Source of the DNA: a virus
Lineage: Duplodnaviria > Caudoviricetes
Length of the DNA stretch: 64,000 nt
Direction: 5' to 3' (one strand)
IMG/VR virus record: IMGVR_UViG_3300010163_003556
Coordinates: 3,687-67,686 of that record
The position numbers and the translations under genes were made by a program. Positions 26,305 through 35,696 of the stretch are shown here, one piece after another. Below the pieces are notes generated by a model, which saw only the letters and a list, made by a program, of their open reading frames with translations, was not told the DNA's origin and made no database searches. Each line of letters opens with the position of its first letter. The first letter of the stretch is position 1.

Positions 26305-28274
26305 CAAACGACATTTTCGAAACAGTAAAAAGAAACGTCAAGATAGCCGAGGTGGTCGAAGACTACGGTGTGCAGCTTAACTACCAAGGGCAAGGGTTAT
26401 GTCCTTTTCACAAAGAGAAGACACCTTCGTTCTCGGTCAAGCGTGAAGACAATATTTTCAAGTGCTTCGGATGCGGAGAGTCGGGCGACGCCATAACTTT
26501 CGTGGCAAAGCTCAAAGGCATTGAACCCATCGAGGCGGCGAGAGAACTTGCAGAAAAATACCACATCGAAGTCGAAGAGAAAAAGGGCAAGGCGGCGACA
26601 ATAACTGAATACTTAAAGCGTTGCCAGGCGGACATCGGTAAGACGGACTATTTCGAAAAGCGTGGTTTGAGCAAGGCAACGATCCGAAAGTTTTGCTTGG
26701 GATACGATGCCTACCATAATTCAGCGGTCATTCCGTATTCGAGCAAGCTGACATACTACCAAACACGGAGTATCGGAGAGAAAGCATTTTTCAAGCCGAA
26801 GACCGAGGATGCAGGGGCAGAACCTGTGTTCAACATTAACGGTTTGAAACTTCGCACCAAAGAACCGATATTCGTAGTTGAAAGTCCGATATGCGCCATG
26901 TCGGTGTACCAGAGCGGTGGGAACGCAATCGCAACGTGCGGTACAGGCGGATGGAAGAAAGTAGTAGAAGAAGTAAAGAAGAAAAAGCCACTCGGCGGAT
27001 TTATTCTCTGCTTTGACAACGATGAGCCTGGAAAGAAAGCAAGCTCGGCGATGTATGCCGAACTCGTCAATCTCGGAGTGCAGGTCATTGAGTACAACAT
27101 AGCGGACGAGTGCAAAGACCCGAACGAACTCTTGATGTCGAACCATAAGAAGCTCGAAGAGTTGGTCAAGGCGGCAAAGCTCAAATTGCGAAAGCAATAT
27201 GCCACGGCGAAAGACAGTTTCGATGCCTTGGAATTGCAAGGCGAGAACATCGAACCGCCGACATGGATAGTACGGGATGTGCTGCCGACGGGACTCGCAA
27301 TGCTGTGTGCGCCGTCGAAGATTGGAAAGTCTTGGATGATGATGCAGCTCGGCTTGGCAGTAGCCGAGGGCAAGGAATTCTTGGACTTTAAAACCAACCA
27401 ATGCGGTGTGCTGTATTACGCACTCGAAGACAGCAAGGCAAGGTTGAAAGACCGACTCAACAAAATACTCAAAGGCAAGAAAGCACCGCCAAATCTTCGG
27501 TTCGTAACGCAAGCGGACACCGTGGACGGCGGACTGCTCGAAAAGATAGAAGAGGAACTGCGAACCTTCCCCGGCATAAAACTCATTATCATCGACACCT
27601 TGCAAAAGGTGCGTGGGAAAGCGATCCGCAACGAATCGATGTACAGCGGCGACTACCGAGAGATGGCAAAGCTCAAAGAGTATGCGGACAAGCACAAAGT
27701 CTGTATGCTCTTCGTGCATCACCTCCGAAAGATGCTCGATGAAACCGATGTCTTCAATATGATATCGGGCAGCACGGCACTCATGGGGGCGGCGGACACG
27801 ATATTCATCATCTCGAAGAAAAAGAGAAAAGACGATAATGCCGAGCTGTCGATGACGGGACGAGATATCGCCCAGAGCGACTTGGTAATAGCGTTCAGCA
27901 AGGTGGACTATTCGTGGATAGTAGAAGGCACAGCCGAAGAAGTCGCATACCGCAAAGAGCGTGAAGAGTACGAGAGCAGTCCATTGGTTCAAACCATCAA
28001 GGAAATCGTAAAGCGGAATCCGCTCGGAGGTTGGTGCGGAACGGTCGATGACTTGAAGAAACAAATCTACGATGTAACGGGCAAGCAGATTGCGGACACC
28101 AATACCGCATTGGGCAAGGCGATAGAGAAATTCGAGTACCGCCTTTATTGCGATGATATTGAGCATAAGGTAACGCGGACTTCAAAGGAACGCAGACACA
28201 CATTCTCACGCCGTTTGCCGAAAGAGCCGTATGGCTATCAGCGGACGATTTATGATTCGCAGGACGATGACTGA
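26301..28274 (+). CDS. DNA primase-helicase (CHC2 zinc finger, Toprim, AAA_25/RepA-like helicase)
   Basis: CPFHKEKTPSF...CFGC, Toprim VVES/CFDND, Walker A APSKIGKS, IIIDTL, FVHHLRK. Confidence 0.9.
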   Translation: MTNDIFETVKRNVKIAEVVEDYGVQLNYQGQGLCPFHKEKTPSFSVKREDNIFKCFGCGESGDAITFVAKLKGIEPIEAARELAEKYHIEVEEKKGKAATITEYLKRCQADIGKTDYFEKRGLSKATIRKFCLGYDAYHNSAVIPYSSKLTYYQTRSIGEKAFFKPKTEDAGAEPVFNINGLKLRTKEPIFVVESPICAMSVYQSGGNAIATCGTGGWKKVVEEVKKKKPLGGFILCFDNDEPGKKASSAMYAELVNLGVQVIEYNIADECKDPNELLMSNHKKLEELVKAAKLKLRKQYATAKDSFDALELQGENIEPPTWIVRDVLPTGLAMLCAPSKIGKSWMMMQLGLAVAEGKEFLDFKTNQCGVLYYALEDSKARLKDRLNKILKGKKAPPNLRFVTQADTVDGGLLEKIEEELRTFPGIKLIIIDTLQKVRGKAIRNESMYSGDYREMAKLKEYADKHKVCMLFVHHLRKMLDETDVFNMISGSTALMGAADTIFIISKKKRKDDNAELSMTGRDIAQSDLVIAFSKVDYSWIVEGTAEEVAYRKEREEYESSPLVQTIKEIVKRNPLGGWCGTVDDLKKQIYDVTGKQIADTNTALGKAIEKFEYRLYCDDIEHKVTRTSKERRHTFSRRLPKEPYGYQRTIYDSQDDD

Positions 28275-28430
28275 TGACCGAAAAACTTATAAAAGAGAAC
28301 TGTCACATCCGTCATAGCGTCATAACCACACGCAGAAAAATAGGCTGATATCCACAAGAAGGGTTTTTCGTCATTTTTTTAATTCGTCATTTATGACGGA
28401 ATGACAGGTATGACGGATAGGTAGTAAAAG
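28275..28430. other. Putative phage replication origin (iteron-like CGTCAT/ATGACG repeats)
   Basis: CGTCAT at 28310, 28318, 28369 and 28385; ATGAC(G/A) at 28393, 28401 and 28410; ATCCGTCAT/ATGACGGAT inverted pair; directly after the primase gene. Confidence 0.45.
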
Positions 28431-28437
28431 GGGCGAT

Positions 28438-28725
28438 ATGAAAGAAAGCGAACTAGTAAAACGGATAAGCGACTACTTAAAAACCGTGCAAGGCTTGTTC
28501 TTTTGGAAGGAACACGGCGGTATGTACGGGACAGCGGGAATACCCGATTTGATAGTCTGTTATAAGGGCAGATTTATCGGCTTGGAGTGTAAAGTCGGAA
28601 AAAATAAACCGACCGTTCTCCAAGCGGTAACGATTAAGCAAATAATTGCCGCAGGCGGATATGCCGTGGTGGTGCGAACGGTAGAAGAGGTCAGACAAGT
28701 TATTCAAGCATTCGAGAAGGAGTAA
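28438..28725 (+). CDS. VRR-NUC domain nuclease
   Basis: GIPDLIVCYKGRFIGLECK...LQ (PD-ExK). Confidence 0.85.
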   Translation: MKESELVKRISDYLKTVQGLFFWKEHGGMYGTAGIPDLIVCYKGRFIGLECKVGKNKPTVLQAVTIKQIIAAGGYAVVVRTVEEVRQVIQAFEKE

Positions 28726-28726
28726 G

Positions 28727-29446
28727 ATGAAGACGGAAACGGTAATCAACAAAGTCGTGATAACGGCGGAGGCGGAGTTCGACTACGAAAGCGAGTTCAA
28801 CCGCCTACTGCCGAAGAAAGACATAAAACGCGAAACTGAATATTATATCAGCGGTCGGTTGTCACGCTTTAGCGGTTACTATTTCCGCACGAAGTACCTG
28901 GACGAAACGACCGACCGAATGCTGATGCTGTTCGTCTATAAGGGAAAAGCCTTTGGGTGTATGCAGTTGTGGGAAATCCGAGGGATATGCCCGGCGGAAG
29001 ATTGGACAGCCGACCTGGAAGAAGACGGACAAATCCGTGAGTGGTTAAACTCGAAACTAGATCCGCCCGAAACAACCGATTGGGTGTGGGATTTGCGATT
29101 GAAAGAGTGGCAAAGGGAAAAGGAACTTGCCGAAGAATTTGGAGAAGAGGTAAAAAGCGATATGCCCGAAATAAAGGAAATGCTTGAAAATTATAAAATC
29201 AACAAAGCGAGAATAGCAGTCGGCGACAGCGAGGAAGTCCTTGCGATAAAAGCCGATATGGAATTCCTCGATAGGTGCATCGACCAACTCGATGATGAAG
29301 CGAAAGCGATAATCACACTCCTTTATAAGCAAGGGCAGTCGATGAGTACGGTAGGAAGACAGTTCGGCTATTGCAAGTCGGCTGTTCATAAGAAGAGAAA
29401 CCGTGCCTTGGAAATACTCGAAATACTCTTTGCAAGTCGAGCCTGA
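28727..29446 (+). CDS. Sigma70 region-4-like late transcriptional activator (ArpU/RinA-like) with extra N-terminal domain
   Basis: C-terminal LDDEAKAIITLLYKQGQSMSTVGRQFGYCKSAVHKKRNRAL HTH; position just before the packaging module. Confidence 0.6.
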   Translation: MKTETVINKVVITAEAEFDYESEFNRLLPKKDIKRETEYYISGRLSRFSGYYFRTKYLDETTDRMLMLFVYKGKAFGCMQLWEIRGICPAEDWTADLEEDGQIREWLNSKLDPPETTDWVWDLRLKEWQREKELAEEFGEEVKSDMPEIKEMLENYKINKARIAVGDSEEVLAIKADMEFLDRCIDQLDDEAKAIITLLYKQGQSMSTVGRQFGYCKSAVHKKRNRALEILEILFASRA

Positions 29447-29463
29447 AAAAGAGTTGACGATTA

Positions 29464-29517
29464 GTGAACGACCCGTGAACGAAAGTGAACGAAAAGGTCG
29501 GTGAACGGGTGTATAAT
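29464..29517 (+). promoter_or_regulatory. Late promoter with four GTGAACG direct repeats
   Basis: GTGAACG at 29464, 29475, 29485 and 29501, then TATAAT at 29512-29517; no consensus -35 at 17 bp spacing. Confidence 0.6.
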
Positions 29518-29546
29518 AAGAACGTAAGCAGGAGGACGAATAAAAA

Positions 29547-29933
29547 ATGCCGAGAAAACCTAAACGCCCGTGCAGTTACCCCGGCTGTCCCAAGCTAGTG
29601 GACGGGCAATACTGTGAAGAGCATAAGAAGCTGACGGATAAGCAGTACAACCTATACGGCAGGGATAAATTCACAAAGAGTTTTTATAAGACCCCCGAAT
29701 GGTTGTATGTGAAAAGACAGCACCTAAAAGAGCATCCGTTCTGTGCGGAGTGTTTAAAAGAGGGGAAAAGAACGAAAGCCACAATGGTGGATCATATCGT
29801 TCCTATCAAAGACGGCGGAGAGAGGTTCGCCCCTAGTAATCTTCAAAGCCTGTGTTGGAGTTGCCACAGTCGCAAGTCCGCAGCCGAGGGAAGCCGATGG
29901 GGAACTCGACCGCATGAGTACCGCAACCCGTGA
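29547..29933 (+). CDS. Terminase-associated HNH endonuclease (HK97 gp74-like)
   Basis: PCSYPGCP...CEEH, CAEC, VDHIVP...GG...NLQSLCWSCHSRK; upstream of terS. Confidence 0.9.
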   Translation: MPRKPKRPCSYPGCPKLVDGQYCEEHKKLTDKQYNLYGRDKFTKSFYKTPEWLYVKRQHLKEHPFCAECLKEGKRTKATMVDHIVPIKDGGERFAPSNLQSLCWSCHSRKSAAEGSRWGTRPHEYRNP

Positions 29934-29934
29934 G

Positions 29935-30010
29935 GGCAGGGGGAGTCAAATCTCCAGAGGTTCTCTCCCTAACAGCGGGGCCGCAGTCAAACGCACGTTT
30001 TCGCAAAATC
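29935..30010. other. Probable cos packaging site region
   Basis: Intergenic between the HNH gene and terS, with G-rich GGGGGAGTCAAATCT and GC-rich CAGCGGGGCCGCAG segments, the usual cos position in HK97-like HNH/terS phages. Exact cut site not determinable. Confidence 0.45.
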
Positions 30011-30140
30011 AAAAATCAAAGGCGGAAATCAATTAAATCAAAAGTTTAACGAAGTTAAAAGGACGGGGCGACCCGCCCTTTTGATTTTGCGCTGAAATCA
30101 AAATAAATCAATTTTACAAGGAAATCAAAACGGAGGGAAT

Positions 30141-30638
30141 ATGGCAAGCGGAGGAAGACGTCCGGGGGCAGGCAGACCGAAGAAAGCCGCCACCCAAAAG
30201 ATGCTAGAAGGCAACCCCGGCAGACGCCCAATCGAAATCGTTGACTTCGGAGCAACGGGCGTTGAACTGCCGAGCGAGCCGCCGACCTATTTATCAGCCA
30301 AGGCAAAGGAAATCTATAAAACTGTGTATGCGTGGCTGAAAGGAATAGGCTGTACCACGGGCATACTCCCATACAACCTGGAAGAGTACGCATTCTGCAA
30401 AGCTCGGTGGTTGGAGTGCGAGGATATGAATACCAAGCACGGTCTGCTAGTCAAAGACCCTACGAACGGAAAGGCGATGCCCTCGCCGTTCGTGGCTATG
30501 GCACAGCAGTACCTAAAACAAACCAACGAAGTATGGGCGAAAATTTATCTCGTTGTACGGGAAAGCAAGCTGTCAAAGTGGGACGATAAAAATCCTAACG
30601 ATGACATAATGGAAAAATTATTGGGAGGGGGAAGCTAA
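30141..30638 (+). CDS. terS: Terminase small subunit (P27 family)
   Basis: GGRRPGAGRPKK...LEGNPG...PTYLS...EEYAFCKARW...PSPFV. Confidence 0.85.
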   Translation: MASGGRRPGAGRPKKAATQKMLEGNPGRRPIEIVDFGATGVELPSEPPTYLSAKAKEIYKTVYAWLKGIGCTTGILPYNLEEYAFCKARWLECEDMNTKHGLLVKDPTNGKAMPSPFVAMAQQYLKQTNEVWAKIYLVVRESKLSKWDDKNPNDDIMEKLLGGGS

Positions 30639-32521
30639 TGGAATACACGGAGCAAAATCCGTTGCGACTAATCGAATTGTTCGCAGGCATCGGCAGCCAA
30701 ACGCAAGCCTTGACGAACATAGGTGTGCCGCACACGATAGTCGGCATCTCCGAAATCGACAAGTACGCAATTCAAAGCTACGAGGCGATGCACGGCAAGG
30801 TCAATAACTTTGGGGACATCCGAGCAATCAAGTCGTTGCCGAGCGCAGACCTTTGGACATACTCGTTTCCGTGCCAAGACATATCGGTCGCAGGAAAAGG
30901 TGCGGGCATAAAGGAAGGAACACGCAGCGGTTTGCTGTTCGAAGTCGAAAGACTGTTGAACGTGGCAAACGAAGAGGGTACACTCCCGAAATACCTACTG
31001 CTTGAAAACGTGAAGAACCTGGTAAGTAAAAGGTTCATCGCAGACTTCGAGCGGTGGCTCGGATTTTTGGAGTCACTCGGATACAAGAATTATTGGCAGA
31101 TACTCAATGCAAAGGACTATGGTATTCCCCAAAACCGAGAAAGGGTTTTCTGCGTATCAATACGCGGAGAACATAAGCCTTTCAAGTTCCCCGAAAAGCA
31201 AGAATTGAAACTGCGGCTCCGTGATATGATTGACGAAGTCGTAGACGAAAAATACTATCTCAAAGAAAGCACGATACGGAGCATCATCAACTCATCGTTC
31301 AACTCTCGACGCGACAGCATAAAGAGCGGCGATGAGATAGCCAACACGCTAATGCAAAGGGACTACAAGGGACCGCAATGCGTACAAGTCGGAGAAGTGG
31401 TCGGCGAAAAATGGGACAAGATGCATGACATCAGTCGCAGAGTTTATGAGCCGAGCGGAATCGCTCCGACCGTGCATTGTCAGCAGGGCGGAAACACCGA
31501 ACTGAAAATTGCGGAGAACTTTGTCCTCGGCGGACTGCAAGCGCATCAAACACCGAGGACGGACGGCATCTCCCCGGCACTCACAGAAGCGATGGGCAAG
31601 GGTGGCGGACAAACACCCGTAATCATTGACACAAAGAAAACGGACAATGAGCGGTTCTTCACCCAAGCCGTTGAAACGGTAATGGAAAACGAATGTGGTG
31701 TCGGAGATACCGTGGACGCATTCAATAAGAAGGTCAACCGCAGCGGAGTGTGTCCGACAATAACCACACGCCCCGAAGGGTTCAAAACGGCGATACTTCC
31801 GATCGTGGAAGACAAGTCCGACAACCCCGTAATCGCGGCGATGCGTGGACGCAACCCTGACAATCCGTCCGACCGCACGGTTGGCGCACCGACCGAACAG
31901 CGCCTAGAGGTCAACGAAAAAGGCTTATGCAATACGCTGACCTCGGTACAAAAAGACAACCTCGTAATGGAACATAAAAAGGGTTCGAAACAATATGTCG
32001 CTCGGAGATATGGTGAATTCATATCAGAGAATGGGTACATACCCAAGAACTTCGTACCCTACAACAAACAAGAGGTTGACGACATCGCTCCGACTCTCAC
32101 GGGACAATGCTCTTGCCCTAGTGGGAGTTCAGCGGTGTTAATGCTCGAAGAACCTGTAAAGGTTAAGTCGGCGACCAAGCAAGGCTATGAAGAGGCGGAG
32201 AGCGGAGATTTTGTGAACATCACGTTCCCCGGCAGTAAGACCAAGCGAGGACGGGTCGGCAAGGGTGTCGCACACACGCTGACTTGCGGTGATGGAAATG
32301 CGTTCATTACGGAAAATATCCGAATCCGAAAGCTGACACCGAGAGAGTGTCTGCGCCTTATGGGGTGGAGTGATGAGCAAATCGATAAAATACAAGCGGC
32401 GAAAATTAGCGGTACGCAGCAGTACCGCCAGGCGGGAAACGGAATAGTGGTTCAAGTCTTGGAGGCAATCTTCAAGGCTTTATTTTTTGGAGATGACCAA
32501 TGCAATACATTGCAAGTATAA
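30638..32521 (+). CDS. DNA (cytosine-5)-methyltransferase with expanded multi-TRD variable region
   Basis: ELFAGIG, SFPCQD, ENV and QNRER; C-terminal IRKLTPRECLRLMG and QAGNGIV; ~370 aa variable region with repeated xx(P/N/H)T(L/I/V) motifs. Confidence 0.9.
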   Translation: MEYTEQNPLRLIELFAGIGSQTQALTNIGVPHTIVGISEIDKYAIQSYEAMHGKVNNFGDIRAIKSLPSADLWTYSFPCQDISVAGKGAGIKEGTRSGLLFEVERLLNVANEEGTLPKYLLLENVKNLVSKRFIADFERWLGFLESLGYKNYWQILNAKDYGIPQNRERVFCVSIRGEHKPFKFPEKQELKLRLRDMIDEVVDEKYYLKESTIRSIINSSFNSRRDSIKSGDEIANTLMQRDYKGPQCVQVGEVVGEKWDKMHDISRRVYEPSGIAPTVHCQQGGNTELKIAENFVLGGLQAHQTPRTDGISPALTEAMGKGGGQTPVIIDTKKTDNERFFTQAVETVMENECGVGDTVDAFNKKVNRSGVCPTITTRPEGFKTAILPIVEDKSDNPVIAAMRGRNPDNPSDRTVGAPTEQRLEVNEKGLCNTLTSVQKDNLVMEHKKGSKQYVARRYGEFISENGYIPKNFVPYNKQEVDDIAPTLTGQCSCPSGSSAVLMLEEPVKVKSATKQGYEEAESGDFVNITFPGSKTKRGRVGKGVAHTLTCGDGNAFITENIRIRKLTPRECLRLMGWSDEQIDKIQAAKISGTQQYRQAGNGIVVQVLEAIFKALFFGDDQCNTLQV

Positions 32522-34374
32522 GCTACGGCAAAGACAGCCTTGCGATGCTTGAAGTCATCCATCAAAACAACCTACCGCTAGACCGAATAGTAACGGTGGA
32601 AATTATGGCAACGGCAACGATACCTGCCGACCTCCCGCCGATGATGGAGTTCAAGGCGAAAGCAGACAAAATCATCTTTAAAAAGTACGGTATCAAGGTG
32701 GAGCATATAACCGCACCGAAGTCGTATGAAGACTACTTCTACTACCAGTGCAAAGGAACGAAAAGCAAGAATGCGGGCAAGATTTACGGCTTCCCTTTGC
32801 AAAAAGGGAATTGGTGTAACTCTCGGTTGAAAGTCGATGTGCTTGATAAAATCCAAAAGGATGCAATCACGTACATTGGCATTGCAGCCGATGAACCCTC
32901 AAGGTTTCATACGCTCTCTGAAACGAAACGCAGCCCACTTGTGGAATACGATTGGACAGAGAGTATGTGCCGAGAATGGTGCAAGGCAAACGATTTGCTA
33001 TCGCCGATTTATACGACAGCATTGCGAGGCGGTTGTTGGTTCTGCCATAACCAAGGAATCAATCAACTCCGCAAACTGCGAAAGAACTACCCAGACTTAT
33101 GGGCATTGCTTTTGAAATGGGATGCGGACAGTCCCGTAACGTTTAAGGGCGATGGACATACGGTCCGAGATTTTGACAAACGATTCCAAATGGAATCGCA
33201 AGCGAAAGTGCCGATAGGCAGAACATTCAAATGGAATATGACGGAGGACAAAAATATGACGAACAGAATCTACACGGCGGAGTCGGTAACAAGCGGACAC
33301 CCCGATAAGTTAGCTGACCTCATTGCGGATAGCATCCTGGACGAATGCTTGGAACAGGACGAAAACAGCCGTGTGGCTTGCGAGGTTATGCTCGCACACA
33401 ATAAGTGCTTTATAAGCGGAGAGATAACGACCAAGGCGGAAGTCGACTACGAGTATATCGCACGGTCGGTAATCGCACAGGTAGGGTACGACACAACGAA
33501 CATCGAAGTCGAAGTGCGTATCCACGAACAGAGTGCTGACATCAGCCAAGCGGTAAGCAGAGCGGAGCAAGGTGCAGGCGACCAAGGGATAGTGTACGGC
33601 TATGCATCGGACGAAACACTCAACTATATGCCGTTACCAATCGAACTTGCACATCGACTGACTGACCGCCTGGAAGAATGCCGAAAGGACGGAATCATCA
33701 GCGGACTTCGTCCCGATGGGAAAAGCCAAGTGTCGGTGCAGTACAGGGGTGATCGATTTGATAAAATCACATCGGTCATCGTTTCGGCGCAGCACACCGA
33801 AGAGAAAGACCTCGTGGAATTGACCGAGGAAATAAGGACAAAGGTGATAGGCAAAGTGCTTGCCGAATACGACCTTTCGGAAACCGAGATACTGATAAAC
33901 CCGTCGGGCAGATTTGTGCTAGGTGGGTTCGAGGCGGATACGGGACTGACCGGGCGTAAACTTATGGTGGACACCTACGGCGGAATTGCTCATCACGGTG
34001 GGGGAGCGATGAGTGGTAAGGATGCATCCAAGGTTGACCGAAGCGGTGCATACCTTGCGAGATACATTGCAAAGAATATCGTGGCGGCGAAACTCGCCGA
34101 GCAATGCGAGGTGGCATTGTCTTATGCGATAGGCGTACCCAAGCCGACAGCGGTGGACATCAATACCTTTTATACGGGTAGCGTGAACGAGAAGCTCATA
34201 GCGGATGCGGTGAAAAAGGTGTTCGATTTATCGGTTGGCGGAACAATTGAGAAACTCGATCTTCGCCGTCCCGTATTTGCACAAACGGCGGTTGGCGGAC
34301 ATTTCGGAAAGGACTTCTTCGCTTGGGAGATAACCGATAAAGCGGAAGCTCTGCAAGCAGCAATCAATAAGTAA
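32500..34374 (+). CDS. metK: In-frame fusion of a PAPS-reductase-like (PP-loop) domain and S-adenosylmethionine synthetase (internal RBS/ATG at 33256)
   Basis: N-terminal SISYGKDS and RGGCWFC. From 33256: ESVTSGHPDK, GAGDQG, RPDGKSQV, TGLTGRK, GGGAMSGKD. No stop between the domains. Confidence 0.85.
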   Translation: MQYIASISYGKDSLAMLEVIHQNNLPLDRIVTVEIMATATIPADLPPMMEFKAKADKIIFKKYGIKVEHITAPKSYEDYFYYQCKGTKSKNAGKIYGFPLQKGNWCNSRLKVDVLDKIQKDAITYIGIAADEPSRFHTLSETKRSPLVEYDWTESMCREWCKANDLLSPIYTTALRGGCWFCHNQGINQLRKLRKNYPDLWALLLKWDADSPVTFKGDGHTVRDFDKRFQMESQAKVPIGRTFKWNMTEDKNMTNRIYTAESVTSGHPDKLADLIADSILDECLEQDENSRVACEVMLAHNKCFISGEITTKAEVDYEYIARSVIAQVGYDTTNIEVEVRIHEQSADISQAVSRAEQGAGDQGIVYGYASDETLNYMPLPIELAHRLTDRLEECRKDGIISGLRPDGKSQVSVQYRGDRFDKITSVIVSAQHTEEKDLVELTEEIRTKVIGKVLAEYDLSETEILINPSGRFVLGGFEADTGLTGRKLMVDTYGGIAHHGGGAMSGKDASKVDRSGAYLARYIAKNIVAAKLAEQCEVALSYAIGVPKPTAVDINTFYTGSVNEKLIADAVKKVFDLSVGGTIEKLDLRRPVFAQTAVGGHFGKDFFAWEITDKAEALQAAINK

Positions 34375-34590
34375 AGACGAAAAACCCGACAGCCAATGTG
34401 CTGTCGGGAAATTCGTAATGATTAGAGCTTGGATATGCCGAGAACGAAGTCTACGGTTTTATCGAGTTTTTTCGCAATGATAACTATGCTTTCAATAATC
34501 GGTAAATTAAGACCGACAAAATGCAACGCAAAAGATAAAAAGAACCGACAAAATTCTGTCGGTTCTTTCATTTTTCTAGGGCAAAATCAC

Positions 34591-34619
34591 TGGGCTCTTT
34601 CGCTGATTTACGGTATAGT
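34591..34619 (+). promoter_or_regulatory. Repeated phage promoter, copy 1 (TGGGCT-17-TATAGT)
   Basis: CTGGGCTC...TTTACGG-TATAGT; same motif at 35616, 40038, 40660 and 41414. Confidence 0.65.
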
Positions 34620-34642
34620 TGGTAGAAAAATGGAGGTAGGAT

Positions 34643-35341
34643 ATGGCAGCCCAAACCAACCTGGAAGAAGTGAAAATAACGGCTCAATGCCTATTATTGA
34701 CGGAAGTCCACAAAACGGATTTGTCGCCAATCATAGTGCAACATCCGTTCGCTTCATCGGGAATAGCCTTTCTCCCTAGCACAAACGAAATGGTAGACAT
34801 AACTGCCAATGCAGAGAACTTGAAGAAGTGGCAAGATTATGTAAGCAGTCTTATAAGCAAAGCAAAGACCGCATACGAAATATTTATTCTACTGAACAAG
34901 GGCTATGCGCTGACATTCCTTAAATTCGTTAAGTATGCATTGTCCGCTGAAGACCTAGCGCAAATGCTAGCGGACGCATGGGTGCGAGCCGAGAACCCGA
35001 ATATGGATATCAACGTAACCAAGGCAGAGCTAGTGGATATGTTCAGGCAATCGGATAAGGCATACCTTATGACCGAAGGTGAACGAAAACGACTATCCGA
35101 ACTCGGAGAAACGGTAACGGTTTACAGAGGGGTAACTCCATATAATGCACGAAACGTGAAAGCCTTGTCCTGGACATTAGACAAGAATAAAGCAGAGTGG
35201 TTTGCCCATAGGTTTGGCGAACAAGGGACTGTGTACCAAGCACATATCCATAAGGGAAATATATTGGCACTATTTATGGGACGCAACGAATCGGAGGTCG
35301 TCCTTAATCCTAAAAAATTGGAACAACTCAAGGTGGTATAG
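34643..35341 (+). CDS. Hypothetical protein with an ADP-ribosyltransferase-like (R-S-E) C-terminal domain
   Basis: VYRG ... LSWT ... ESEV in the order and spacing of R-S-E ART catalytic motifs. Confidence 0.5.
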   Translation: MAAQTNLEEVKITAQCLLLTEVHKTDLSPIIVQHPFASSGIAFLPSTNEMVDITANAENLKKWQDYVSSLISKAKTAYEIFILLNKGYALTFLKFVKYALSAEDLAQMLADAWVRAENPNMDINVTKAELVDMFRQSDKAYLMTEGERKRLSELGETVTVYRGVTPYNARNVKALSWTLDKNKAEWFAHRFGEQGTVYQAHIHKGNILALFMGRNESEVVLNPKKLEQLKVV

Positions 35342-35350
35342 GAGAAAGCG

Positions 35351-35575
35351 ATGGATAAGTTTTTCAGTCAAAAGAATTGCGACCGATGCGGAAAGCCGCT
35401 GACGGACGGACGCACAATGTCTATGTTCAACACCGATTGCATTTGCATGGAATGCAAGCGGAAGGAAACCGAGAGAGCTGACTACAAAGCCGCCGCCGAT
35501 GCGGATAAAAAAGCCATAAATAACGGCGATTTTAACTTCCCCGGCATAGGTTTGGACGCCCCGAAAAATTCCTAA
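35351..35575 (+). CDS. Small Cys-rich hypothetical protein
   Basis: CDRCG...CICMEC; RBS GGAG. Confidence 0.7.
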   Translation: MDKFFSQKNCDRCGKPLTDGRTMSMFNTDCICMECKRKETERADYKAAADADKKAINNGDFNFPGIGLDAPKNS

Positions 35576-35615
35576 AAATTCTTTCAAATTCTTTCGGATT
35601 TCGACCGCATTTCGC

Positions 35616-35644
35616 TGGGCTCTTGTGTTCTTTTACGGTATTGT
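35616..35644 (+). promoter_or_regulatory. Repeated phage promoter, copy 2 (TGGGCT-17-TATTGT)
   Basis: CTGGGCTC...TTTACGG-TATTGT upstream of the amidoligase gene. Confidence 0.65.
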
Positions 35645-35696
35645 GTCCTTGCAAAACGGGGGTGGGAAACACCCCCAGAGCAAAGGAGAACACGCT

